Below are positions 41,916 to 51,288 of a stretch of 64,000 bases of DNA, one piece after another. The notes under the pieces are model-generated. The model saw nothing but the letters and a program-made list of their open reading frames with translations, did not search any database and was not told where the DNA came from. A program made the position numbers and the translations under genes. The DNA comes from an uncultured bacterium (lineage in GTDB: Bacteria; UBP14; UBA6098; B30-G16), in the NCBI GenBank assembly GCA_965552135.1, contig CBEVQY010000007.1:1-64000 (forward strand), read 5' to 3'. How positions within the stretch are numbered: position 1 is the stretch's first letter; every line of letters begins with the position of its first letter.

Positions 41916-42824
41916 ATGCTCAAAAGGCTCGACAGGGAGGTTCTATCGGAGTTTGGGTTCAACGAGAGCGATCTGGATCTGTATTTTGCGCTGCTTCGGG
42001 TTGGTGAGGGGACGATAGCCGACTGTTTGAGGTTTTCGTCGGTCGGCAGGACGGCGGCTTATGCGATAATGAAGAAGCTTGTGGGCTGGGGTTTGGTTGC
42101 GGAGGTTTCGGGCAGGCCCGTTCGCTTCAGGGCTTTGCCGCCCGAGGTCGCGCTCAGGGAGTTTGTCGACGAGCGTGTTGCCTGCGTACGCAGGAGGCAC
42201 GAGGAGAGGCTCAGGGAGCTTGATGGGGAACGCTCGAAGGAGCTGGACTTCATCCACAAAAGGCTTCCTGCGGCGGCGAAGGAGCTTTTGCTTGCGGCGC
42301 AGGAACTTTACTCCGGCGGCGAGGCTCCCGCCGACGACGAAAGCGACGTCGTTATCCTGCGCGGAGCCAAAGCCGTCTTCGACATCCTGCACCACATAAC
42401 GGTTCGCAGGGTCGCACGCATCATATTCCGACCGCCTATCCTGATACCTCCCGACGAGCGCCTCGGTCTTGCGGAGGCAAAGTTTGCTGCGCAAAAGGGG
42501 ATCGAGCGAAGGCTGCTTTGCGAAACGCAAATGCTTTCGAAGCCGGAGTTTGTGATTCCGATATGGATTCACCTTGAGGCGGGGCACCCCGTCAGGCATC
42601 TTCCGGCTCTTCCGGGGAAGGTGCTCATCTTCGACGATGCCACAGCCATCGTGTCCCTGCGGGCAAACTCCGATCCCAAAAGGTCGATCTCGATGCTCGT
42701 CAGGAACCGCGAGCTTATAGGGCTTCACATCGCTGCCTTCGATGCCCTGTGGCAGAAGGCTGAGGAGGTCTCGATGGATCAGATTAAGGATGCCCTGCGG
42801 CTTGCGCGGCGCTTTGGGGGGTGA
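41916..42824 (+). CDS. TrmB-family transcriptional regulator
   Basis: FGFNESD..LYFALL..G, RTAAYAIMKKLV..GLV...GRPVRFRALPPE, C-terminal PLD-like KVLIFDD...FDALW. Confidence 0.85.
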   Translation: MLKRLDREVLSEFGFNESDLDLYFALLRVGEGTIADCLRFSSVGRTAAYAIMKKLVGWGLVAEVSGRPVRFRALPPEVALREFVDERVACVRRRHEERLRELDGERSKELDFIHKRLPAAAKELLLAAQELYSGGEAPADDESDVVILRGAKAVFDILHHITVRRVARIIFRPPILIPPDERLGLAEAKFAAQKGIERRLLCETQMLSKPEFVIPIWIHLEAGHPVRHLPALPGKVLIFDDATAIVSLRANSDPKRSISMLVRNRELIGLHIAAFDALWQKAEEVSMDQIKDALRLARRFGG

Positions 42825-42827
42825 GGT

Positions 42828-44828
42828 ATGCGTTTGGCTTTTTGTTTTACGCTTTTGGGCGTAAGCGCCTGTATTTTCGGCGCCACCTACTACTGGGATG
42901 CCGGTGGCGGCGCCAACACGGCTTGGAACAACCCGGCAAACTGGGACCCCGACGGCGTTCCGGCTGCGAGCGACAACGCCTACATCCGCCCAAGCTACTG
43001 CGCCACAACCGGCAGCTGGACGATAACCGTTGGCGCCAACGCCTGGTGTGCAAACCTCTACGTCTACGCCGAGGAGGACGCAAACTCGAACCCCTGCGAC
43101 GTCACCTTCGTCGTCCAAAGCGGCGCTACCCTCACCGTGGGCGGAACGGCGTACTTTTACACGCGCGACGCATCCTGCGACCTCCAGGTTGAGGTAAGCG
43201 GCACCGTCGACCTTAGCGGAAACGATGTGATCTTCAGCGCACGCGATCACGGCACAGCCCTCAGCGTGAACCTTTTTGGGCTTTTGACGAACGCCTACTT
43301 CGTCACCCTCGACGCCGACCGCAGCGACGCCACCCTCACCATCGCAAACGGGGGGCAGGTGAGCTGCAACGTCCTCGAGCTTCGGAACGGCACAGGCTGC
43401 CACGCCCTCGTCGACGTCCAGGCGACGGCGGGAAATCCTGCCATCGCAGCCGACGACGAAATCGAGCTTGAGGACGACAACTGCGACGTCAGCATCTCGG
43501 CGGGCTACACGGGAAACGTCTTCATGGGACAGCTCTATCTGGGCTACCCCGGAAGCGACTTCGTTATGGAGGGCGGAACGGCGGTTGTGGGGACATCGGC
43601 GGTAAGCGGAGGTTTTTGCCCCACAACAGGCAGAATAACCTGCTACTCCGACGGGCAGGGCGGCGACGCCGTGTTCTACAACCTCAGAATGTATCTGGTC
43701 AACGGCTACGACAACGAGATAACGATAAACGACATCACCGTCAAAAACGACTGGGACGTTTACGACGACGGCACAGGCGGCTACAGCTACGCCGTTTTGG
43801 ATCTGCACAGCATGGGCAGCTTTGCCGCAGAGCCTTGTTCGATAAGGATAGGTAACCGGTGGGAGTTCCACGGTGGCGCTTACCCCGACTTCTGGAACAC
43901 CGGGGGTTACGTCACACGCTACGGCTCGGGCTACTACAGCCTCGTGCTGTCGCACGGCATACGGAAGACCGCGGGCGAGTCGTACAGAATTTACTTCGAA
44001 TACCTCGACGCCAACGGCATGCAGGTCCTCGACGACTGCTACCGGGGCGAAAGCTCGTTCGATCACAACGAGCTTTCCTACTCCACATTCCGCTTTGGGC
44101 AAAGCGGCGGCAGATACATAACCTACAACTTCGACCTCATCGACACCGACCCCACCGACACCCTTTGGTGGAGCTGCGTTGACTTTGAGGCCGACGGTCC
44201 GAGCTACAACATCTACCGCGCAAGCGGCTATGCCGGGAACATAGGCTGCGCCGGCGGGAGGGGCGAGCTTTGGGGCGAAAGCTACGACTACGACCCGGAC
44301 GGCACGGTCCACTGGAGGGGTGGTCCGATTCCGCCCTCGGAGGCGCCAACCGACTTTTCCGGAACCGCGGTAAACTGCAGCACCGCGGTGTGGACCTGGA
44401 CGGATAACTCGAGCAACGAGGACGGCTTTAGGATTTACGACGACTCGGGCGTTCTGCTGGGCAGCGTTGGCGCAAACGTCACAAGCTGGACGGAGTACGA
44501 CCTCCACGCCGAGCAAACCTACACACGATACGTCGTTGCCTACACAAGCTCCATCTGCGGCGAGAACGAAAGTGCTCCGTCGAATCAGGCTTCGGTCGTG
44601 CCAAACCACTGCATTCTGGGCTACATAAGCGTTTGGGACGGCAACCGCGGCAAGGTCGACAGCCTGCGGATAATCGCCACAAGGGATGCACCTTCGGGAG
44701 CAGTCGTTAAGGTTGCCACGGTCGACGGGAAGATCGGTTGCGCCGACCTTGTGGACACATCCGACCCAAACGCTTCCCCGGTGAGAATACACACAAACGC
44801 CGGAACGAAGTCATGGAGACGAAAGTAA
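42828..44828 (+). CDS. Secreted beta-rich protein with FN3-like domain
   Basis: Signal peptide; YYWD.GG...W..PANW...GVP; APTDFSG...WTWTDNSSNEDGFRIY; C-terminal LVDTSDPNASPVRIHT. Confidence 0.7.
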   Translation: MRLAFCFTLLGVSACIFGATYYWDAGGGANTAWNNPANWDPDGVPAASDNAYIRPSYCATTGSWTITVGANAWCANLYVYAEEDANSNPCDVTFVVQSGATLTVGGTAYFYTRDASCDLQVEVSGTVDLSGNDVIFSARDHGTALSVNLFGLLTNAYFVTLDADRSDATLTIANGGQVSCNVLELRNGTGCHALVDVQATAGNPAIAADDEIELEDDNCDVSISAGYTGNVFMGQLYLGYPGSDFVMEGGTAVVGTSAVSGGFCPTTGRITCYSDGQGGDAVFYNLRMYLVNGYDNEITINDITVKNDWDVYDDGTGGYSYAVLDLHSMGSFAAEPCSIRIGNRWEFHGGAYPDFWNTGGYVTRYGSGYYSLVLSHGIRKTAGESYRIYFEYLDANGMQVLDDCYRGESSFDHNELSYSTFRFGQSGGRYITYNFDLIDTDPTDTLWWSCVDFEADGPSYNIYRASGYAGNIGCAGGRGELWGESYDYDPDGTVHWRGGPIPPSEAPTDFSGTAVNCSTAVWTWTDNSSNEDGFRIYDDSGVLLGSVGANVTSWTEYDLHAEQTYTRYVVAYTSSICGENESAPSNQASVVPNHCILGYISVWDGNRGKVDSLRIIATRDAPSGAVVKVATVDGKIGCADLVDTSDPNASPVRIHTNAGTKSWRRK

Positions 44829-44837
44829 ATGGCGCGT

Positions 44838-44898
44838 GGGGCAGCCGCTTTCCGTTGCGAAAAAGGAGCACGCATAGTCCCCCTCCGGCGGCTGCCCC
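44838..44898. repeat. 11-bp perfect intergenic inverted repeat
   Basis: GGGGCAGCCGC (44838-44848) and GCGGCTGCCCC (44888-44898), 39-nt spacer. Confidence 0.7.
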
Positions 44899-44967
44899 CA
44901 GCTATACAAGGCAATTTGCGCAGCCTGTTGGCTCTTTTTGGGGAAACACGGACAGGGGGAGTTTGCG

Positions 44968-47835
44968 ATGATGGCGGGGTTGTTTTGGCTTGTTTTGGCG
45001 GCGCTTTCTTCTGCGCTTGGAGATTGGTCGAGGACGTACGACGGCACAGGCTACGACAAGTTCGACGCGGTGCTTAAAACCCTCGACGGAAACTACCTGC
45101 TGGCGGGCACACACTACGGTCCAAGCGACTTCGACGTATGGGCGTATAAGATAAGCCCAACGGGTGACTCCATCTGGTCGTATCAGTACGGCGGGTCAGG
45201 CAGAGATTACATATACGACGCCGTTCAGCTTTCCTCCGGAAGCTTTGTGCTTGTTGGCAAGACGACCTCATTTGGCTTTGGCGGCTACGATTATCTCATT
45301 GTGAAGATTTCGCCCACAGGCTCCCTTTTGGGGATGGTAGCCTACGGCGGCACAAGCGACGACTACGCCAAATCTGTGGTCGAAACGCCCGATGGGTGCG
45401 TTCTTGTCGTCGGTTCGTCGATTTCGTTTGGCGCCGGAAGCGGCGATGTGTGGCTCCTTAAAGCCGATACGACCACGCTCGACACCGTTTGGACGCGTAC
45501 ATACGGGGGCTCGTTTTACGAGGAGGGATACGACATAAAGCGCGCCCCCGGCGGAGGGTATGTGATATGCGGGGTGAAGTTTTCCGCCAGCGACGGCGAT
45601 GCGTGGCTCCTTAAGGTCGACGATTGGGGGCTTTTGGTTTGGCAGCATACGTTCGGAGGCACCGGCAACGACAGGGCAGCCTGTGTCGTTCCCACCGCAG
45701 ACGGCGGCTACGCGCTTGCCGGACAAACCGAGTCGTACGGTGCGGGCGACTACGATGTGTACCTGATAAAGACCGACGGCTCCGGCAACCTCCTCTGGCA
45801 GCGCACCTACGGCGGTGCCGGCAGGGATTTCGCCGACTGCATAGTCTCCACCGCAGACGGAGGCTTCTTCATCCTCGGCTCCACAAGCTCCTTCGGCTCG
45901 GACGTGCAGGGCTATATGATCCGCACCGACCCATCCGGCGATACCATCTGGACGGCTACCTTCGGCGGTCCCTACGACGACGACTTTCACGATGGGCTTG
46001 TGACCGACGGGGGGTGCTATCTTGGCGTTGGTCATTGGGGCGTTGACTCCGGGCTTGATAAGGACGGCTACGTTGTGGAGTTTTGCGCCGACACGGGGAC
46101 TACAACACCTTGCCCACCGCCTGATCCAACCACCGCTGTTGCCATCCCCGGAACGATATGCGTTGGCGAAAGCGCAGTTCTTGTTGCCTCGTCGGACGTT
46201 GTGTTCGGCAGCGGCGGAAGCAACTTGTGCAACCAGCCCGTCGACATCGACAGGGGCTGCTCGAGGTCGATGTCGCTTCTTAAGTGGAGCGAGATGCCGC
46301 CGGGCTTTTCCGGAGGCACGATCGTCGGTATTGGCGTGTACGTCACATCCCCCGGTCCAAGCCCGTCCCCCGTGAACATAAGGATGAAGACGGTCGCCGA
46401 AAGCTCGATTTCCTGCGGCAACCACGACGGCTACTGCCAGTGTGGTCCGTCCGACTGCTGCGCGGATTGGGACGAGACGGGAACGCTTGTGTACTCTGGC
46501 CCCGTCGACTACTCGACCACCGGCTGGACGATGATAACGCTTACCACGCCGTTTTCGTGGACGGGCGACAATCTCCTCATAACGTGGGACTGGTGCTATA
46601 CGGGCTCGGGGTGGGCATGCGTTCGTGGAACGCCGGCTACGGGAGAGCTCTTCCACACGCAGTTCTACGACTACTGCAGCGACGACGCCGACCGGGAGGA
46701 CCAGTACTGCTGGGACGGCTCCGATTGGAACTGCTGCTGCACAAACAACTACCTTGTAGATTCGTGGGCGAGGGTCGACTATAAGCTCGTTTTCGGCGGG
46801 CTTTTGCGGGCGTTGTCGGTCCCTATGTCCGACTCCACCTACTTTGTGTGGTTTGAGGGCTTTTGCGGTGATGACCTTGCCGCCGCCGTCGATACGGGCG
46901 AAACGATATCGGTCGCGCCAGCGACCACAACGACTTACTTCGTCCGAAACTACAACCCCTACTACGACTGCTGGAGCGACACTTGCCTTTCGGTGACCGT
47001 TTACGTGGACAACCTCTCTGCCCATATCACACCAGCCGATACGTCGATATGTGCCGGGGAGTCCTTTGTGCTTAACGGCAACCCATCGGGCGGCTTCGGG
47101 GGATACATCCATCAGTGGACGGGCGATACGTCTCCGCTTTCGTCCACCACGGTGCAAAGCCCAACCTTTTCGACCACGACGCCCGGAACTTACGTTTTGA
47201 CCTACACCGTTGTCGACGGTGCGGGCTGTTCGGCAAGCGATACGGTCTTTGTGACGGTGTACCCCCTTCCCGTTGCGACGGCGAGCAACAGCGGACCATA
47301 CTGCGAGGGCGATACCATAGAGCTTTTCGGCGGTCCCCCGGGGATGGAATCCTACCTGTGGTACGGTCCTGGTGGCTTTACCTCGTCCGAGCAAAATCCC
47401 GTCATACCCGGCGCCACCGTTGCACAAAGCGGAACCTACACCCTCGTTGTCGTCGACACGAACGGCTGCAGCGACACGGCATATACCGATGTCTCCGTGA
47501 GGGTTTGCACCTGCCCGCCCGCGGTCGTTTGGGTGGAGTGCCCATATCCGTGCTGGTCTTACTCATCGTGCGGGGATCAGGTTGTGATTTTCGGCGTCCA
47601 CGACACAACGGGCGTGGAAATCGACACGAACCGCGTTTGGGTTACTTCGATAGTGTTTCACCCCGACCTTACCGCCGATACGGTCCACCTTTGCGAGCCA
47701 ACGCCTCTTATGGAGTTCTCGTCTCTGAGCGACTCGGTTACGGTCACGGTGAGGGGCAGCTTTTCCGACGGCGACAGCGTCATCATAACCCTCGATAGCC
47801 TCTACAACATCGACGGGTGTTTGACGATACCGTAG
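44968..47835 (+). CDS. Secreted protein: beta-propeller, Cys-rich domain, Ig/PKD-like repeats
   Basis: Signal peptide; about 7 W.RTYGG..D...T.DGG repeats; Cys clusters; TTPGTYVLTYTVVD and SGTYTLVVVD.NGC Ig-like units. Confidence 0.75.
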   Translation: MMAGLFWLVLAALSSALGDWSRTYDGTGYDKFDAVLKTLDGNYLLAGTHYGPSDFDVWAYKISPTGDSIWSYQYGGSGRDYIYDAVQLSSGSFVLVGKTTSFGFGGYDYLIVKISPTGSLLGMVAYGGTSDDYAKSVVETPDGCVLVVGSSISFGAGSGDVWLLKADTTTLDTVWTRTYGGSFYEEGYDIKRAPGGGYVICGVKFSASDGDAWLLKVDDWGLLVWQHTFGGTGNDRAACVVPTADGGYALAGQTESYGAGDYDVYLIKTDGSGNLLWQRTYGGAGRDFADCIVSTADGGFFILGSTSSFGSDVQGYMIRTDPSGDTIWTATFGGPYDDDFHDGLVTDGGCYLGVGHWGVDSGLDKDGYVVEFCADTGTTTPCPPPDPTTAVAIPGTICVGESAVLVASSDVVFGSGGSNLCNQPVDIDRGCSRSMSLLKWSEMPPGFSGGTIVGIGVYVTSPGPSPSPVNIRMKTVAESSISCGNHDGYCQCGPSDCCADWDETGTLVYSGPVDYSTTGWTMITLTTPFSWTGDNLLITWDWCYTGSGWACVRGTPATGELFHTQFYDYCSDDADREDQYCWDGSDWNCCCTNNYLVDSWARVDYKLVFGGLLRALSVPMSDSTYFVWFEGFCGDDLAAAVDTGETISVAPATTTTYFVRNYNPYYDCWSDTCLSVTVYVDNLSAHITPADTSICAGESFVLNGNPSGGFGGYIHQWTGDTSPLSSTTVQSPTFSTTTPGTYVLTYTVVDGAGCSASDTVFVTVYPLPVATASNSGPYCEGDTIELFGGPPGMESYLWYGPGGFTSSEQNPVIPGATVAQSGTYTLVVVDTNGCSDTAYTDVSVRVCTCPPAVVWVECPYPCWSYSSCGDQVVIFGVHDTTGVEIDTNRVWVTSIVFHPDLTADTVHLCEPTPLMEFSSLSDSVTVTVRGSFSDGDSVIITLDSLYNIDGCLTIP

Positions 47836-47855
47836 GCGAAGAGAGGAGGTGTGAC

Positions 47856-48959
47856 ATGGCGCGAAGGGCTTTTTTGCTTTTGCTTGTGAGCTTGGGGGTT
47901 GTTTTAGGCGGCGTTCCGAAGCGGATGAACTACCAGGGGAAGCTCACAGACCCCGCAGGCGTTGCCCTGAACGACACGGTTTCGATCGAGTTCAGACTCT
48001 ACGATGTCCCGGTGGGGGGTTCGCCCCTTTGGAGCGAGACGCATCCCAGCGTTGCAGTCGTGAAGGGACTTTTCGACGTCGTCCTGGGCGAGACGAACCC
48101 GCTCGACCTGCCCTTCGATACCCTCTACTACCTCGAGCTTGTGGTGGAGGGGGAGACCCTTTCGCCAAGACATCCGCTGCTGCCGTCGCCCTACTCCATC
48201 CGCGCCGAGGTCGCAGACCACGCAGCCATCACCGACACAATAAGCTTCATCGACAGCGTAAACTACGTCGATTCCGTACGGTACATCGACTCGCTGTCGT
48301 ACGTGACGATAGTAAGAACGGTCGAGTTTATCACGTACATCGACAGCGTGCGCTATGTGGACACGGTGAGGTACATCGACTCCCTCTCTTACGTCGACCT
48401 TGTTCGGGTCGTTGAGTTTATCGATTACGTCGACAGCATAAGGCACATCGACACGGTGGATTACATCGACAGCATAGGCTACGTTTTGCACACGGGTTAC
48501 GCCGACAGCGCAGGTCGTGTTTTGAACGAGCTTGTTCCCGGCGCAGGGATCGTCGGTCTTCCCTTCGACGGCAGCGCCCCGAGGACGTGGTCGGTTTATC
48601 TTTCCTCGCTTGGGGATGTCGACACGTCCGGGCTTTCGGCGGGGGATGTCCTCAAGTGGGACGGTTCGGCCTGGGTCGTTGCGCCTGACGACACGGGCGC
48701 TGGCGGCGGTGGAGGGTATTGGGTGCTTTCGGGCGCCAACCTCTGCGCCGCAGACACCACCTGGAGCGTTGGCATCGGAACATCGGCGCCATCGGCAAAG
48801 CTTACCGTGAAGGGCGATGCGGTCATAACGGGCGCAGCCCAGATCGACAGCACACTGAATATGACGCAGCATCAGATAATCAACATGATAATCGAAAACA
48901 GAACCTCCGACCCGCCCTCGCCGAAGCCAGGGCAGATATGGTACAGAACGGACCTCTAA
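47856..48959 (+). CDS. Secreted tail-fibre-like protein (YQGKLTD N-domain) with hexapeptide repeats
   Basis: Signal peptide; VPKRMNYQGKLTD...LWSETH; VGIGTSAPSAKLTV; C-terminal ENRTSDPPSPKPGQIWYRTDL; RBS GAGGAGGTG. Confidence 0.7.
   Translation: MARRAFLLLLVSLGVVLGGVPKRMNYQGKLTDPAGVALNDTVSIEFRLYDVPVGGSPLWSETHPSVAVVKGLFDVVLGETNPLDLPFDTLYYLELVVEGETLSPRHPLLPSPYSIRAEVADHAAITDTISFIDSVNYVDSVRYIDSLSYVTIVRTVEFITYIDSVRYVDTVRYIDSLSYVDLVRVVEFIDYVDSIRHIDTVDYIDSIGYVLHTGYADSAGRVLNELVPGAGIVGLPFDGSAPRTWSVYLSSLGDVDTSGLSAGDVLKWDGSAWVVAPDDTGAGGGGGYWVLSGANLCAADTTWSVGIGTSAPSAKLTVKGDAVITGAAQIDSTLNMTQHQIINMIIENRTSDPPSPKPGQIWYRTDL
48231..48482 (+). repeat. 14 tandem 18-bp/6-aa coding repeats (I/V)D(S/T)(V/I/L)x(Y/F)
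   Basis: TDTISF IDSVNY VDSVRY IDSLSY VTIVRT VEFITY IDSVRY VDTVRY IDSLSY VDLVRV VEFIDY VDSIRH IDTVDY IDSIGY. Confidence 0.9.
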
Positions 48960-49879
48960 GCCCTTCCTGTCCGGCGGGCGCGCCTGCGGAAGTATAGCTG
49001 AAGCGTTTTTATGTAGTCGTCGTCGGTGGAGATGTAGACGGCGTCTATCCCGAGCGATGCGAAAAGCCTTGCCTGTGCCTTCGCTTCGTTCGCCGTTTGA
49101 TTCGAAAACGTGCCTTTCACCGCCGCGCTTGAGGTGTCGACGACGACAAGCTCCCCGCTTTCCGCATCCTCCAGAACGACAACGCCGACGTCCTCAAAGC
49201 TCCGCTCCGCGGGATCACTTATCACGATGGGGACGAGGTCGTGCTTCTTGGACATAAGCAAAAGCGGTCTTCTGAAGTCTCCGTCGAGGAAGTCGGAGAT
49301 GAGGAACACTATAGACGAGCGCTTGAGGATGTTGTAGAGGTATTCGAGCGCGACGGCGATGTTTGTTTTTTTGTGCTTGGGCTCGAACGCCAAAAGCTCC
49401 CTTATCACCCTGAGGGAGTGCTTTTTGCCCTTTTTGGGCGGGATGAATTTTTCGACCCGGTCGGTGAACATAAGCAGCCCCACGAGGTCGTTGTTTGCGA
49501 TTGCGGAAAACGAAAGTAGCGCCGCTGTTTCCACGGCGATTTCCCGCTTGAGCTCGTTTTTGGTGCCGAACGCCGAGGATCCGCTCATGTCGGCGGCGAT
49601 GACGACGGTAAGCTCGCGTTCCTCCTCGAAAAGTTTTACGTATGCGCGTCCCATTCGCGCCGTGACGTTCCAGTCGATGGCGCGAACGTCGTCGCCGGGG
49701 GCGTACTCACGAACCTCGCTGAAGTCCATCCCGCGACCGCGGAAAACGGACTGATACTGCCCCGAAAATATATCCTCAACGACCCGCCTCGTGGCGATGT
49801 CTATCTTGCGAACCTTGCGCAGTATCTCGCGGAGACGCCCCTCGCGGCTCTCCTTTTCCCGAAACCTAAGAAGCCTCAT
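48956..49879 (-). CDS. DUF58 (MoxR-associated, vWA-like) protein
   Basis: GQYQSVFRGRGMDFSEVREYAPGDDVRAIDWNVTAR, EEERE, DMSGS, ISDF, DAESGE. Confidence 0.95.
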   Translation of the reverse strand: MRLLRFREKESREGRLREILRKVRKIDIATRRVVEDIFSGQYQSVFRGRGMDFSEVREYAPGDDVRAIDWNVTARMGRAYVKLFEEERELTVVIAADMSGSSAFGTKNELKREIAVETAALLSFSAIANNDLVGLLMFTDRVEKFIPPKKGKKHSLRVIRELLAFEPKHKKTNIAVALEYLYNILKRSSIVFLISDFLDGDFRRPLLLMSKKHDLVPIVISDPAERSFEDVGVVVLEDAESGELVVVDTSSAAVKGTFSNQTANEAKAQARLFASLGIDAVYISTDDDYIKTLQLYFRRRARRTGRA

Positions 49880-49989
49880 CTCAAAAGCTCCTTTGCAAAA
49901 TGCGTGCCCGTCTTCGCATGCCCCGCTTCTGCACTTGTGGGAGACCCCCCCACCCTGCCGAAAAGACATCCACCGTGCCGTTATGACCA

Positions 49990-50487
49990 TCAGAAGTAGC
50001 GCATAATCCCCAGAAGTATGCCGAACGGTTCGTCTTTGGCAAGCAGCAGGTGGAACGCGGTGTAGTCCTCGCCCATGACGACGTAGGATCCGAGCGATAT
50101 TCCAGCGATTAGGTCGGTTTGAGGGATTCCGAGGTTCTCGAGGTGAGCGACCACGGCTGCGGCGATGCCGACGCAAAGCTTTCCGCGCTTTGCGCGCGCC
50201 TCGGTGTACCTGAACGAGACCTGTGGTCGAAGCATAAAGCTTACGTTCTCAAAGCGCCTTGGGAATGTTGCGTAGCCTGCGCCTGCGCCCACCGAGAATC
50301 CCCCCTCGCTGCCGAAGCTCGCCTCGGGGATATCGAGCCAGAAGTCCATCGCAGCCGATTCGCTCCACGTCGAGCGGTAGACGACGGAGTTGGGCGTCGT
50401 CATGTAACCTATGGCGATGCCCTCCCTCTCGGGCGGCTCAGCAAAGACTGCGCCAAGGCTTGCGCTGAGCACCAAAAGCCAAAGCAT
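49990..50487 (-). CDS. Hypothetical secreted protein, small beta-barrel-like
   Basis: Signal peptide MLWLLVLSASLGAVFA; C-terminal GIMRYF. Confidence 0.6.
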   Translation of the reverse strand: MLWLLVLSASLGAVFAEPPEREGIAIGYMTTPNSVVYRSTWSESAAMDFWLDIPEASFGSEGGFSVGAGAGYATFPRRFENVSFMLRPQVSFRYTEARAKRGKLCVGIAAAVVAHLENLGIPQTDLIAGISLGSYVVMGEDYTAFHLLLAKDEPFGILLGIMRYF

Positions 50488-50531
50488 CCCAGCCCCCTTC
50501 TTTGGGAGAAAATCTATCCGCGTGGCGCGCC

Positions 50532-51287
50532 TCACACAACCGCTTTGTCGTACGGGATGCGCCCTTTGAGTTCCTCTATCGTTTTCCGCAGCGTTTTCGC
50601 AAGTTTTGCGGGGGCGGTGTTGGCGTATTCCGCTGGCTCAATAGGTTCTCCCACGACGACGAAGACCCTGCTTGGCGAGATCGTCTTTCTGCCCTTGGGC
50701 ATGATCCTGTGGCTTCCCCACAGGAGCACCGGCACGATCGTTGCGCCCGAGCGCCTCGCCGGACGGAAGGCTGAGGGGTGGAACCTGCCGAGTTCGCCGT
50801 CGTTCGTCCTCGTCCCCTCGGGGAAGACGGCGAAAACCCCTCCTTCGCTCAGGGCGCAGGCTATATCCTCGAACCTGCGAAGCTCGCTTCTGCTCACCCT
50901 GCGGCTTACGGGAACGCAGCCCAAAAACCTCATCCACGCGCCCAGGATGGGGATCGAGAAAAGGTCCTCCCGCGCAACGAACCTTATGCGGCTGTCGACC
51001 CAGCCAAGCAGAATGGGGATGTCGAAGTAACTCTGGTGGTTGACGATGTAGACGACGTTCCCCGCTCCTTTGGGGATGTTCTCGCCCCCAACGAGCCCCA
51101 CCGGGCTTAAGGTCGTCTTCACGACGAACCTCGCCCAAAGCCTCACAACCGCGCGGGAAAGCTTTTTCGCCGTCTTCTTTCCGAGGACAGACGCCGCAGA
51201 AAGAAGGGGGATAAGCGCCGCCGAGAGGACGAAGACCGAAACGAAAAGCACTCCGTAGACCAGCGTGAAAAGCCAACGGAAAAGCAA
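50532..51287 (-). CDS. plsC: 1-acyl-sn-glycerol-3-phosphate acyltransferase
   Basis: NHQSYFD, FPEGTRT, IVPV. Confidence 0.9.
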   Translation of the reverse strand: MLFRWLFTLVYGVLFVSVFVLSAALIPLLSAASVLGKKTAKKLSRAVVRLWARFVVKTTLSPVGLVGGENIPKGAGNVVYIVNHQSYFDIPILLGWVDSRIRFVAREDLFSIPILGAWMRFLGCVPVSRRVSRSELRRFEDIACALSEGGVFAVFPEGTRTNDGELGRFHPSAFRPARRSGATIVPVLLWGSHRIMPKGRKTISPSRVFVVVGEPIEPAEYANTAPAKLAKTLRKTIEELKGRIPYDKAVV

Positions 51288-51288
51288 G

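Noticed and set aside
41943..44792. 949-aa - strand ORF and similar long ORFs (3089-5326, 12469-14772, 45268-47427, 9606-11222)
   Set aside because: Antisense shadows of well-supported genes in GC-rich DNA; no recognisable motifs
48231..48482. CRISPR array or DGR repeat
   Set aside because: Degenerate in-frame 18-bp coding repeats without spacers; no cas or reverse-transcriptase gene in the window
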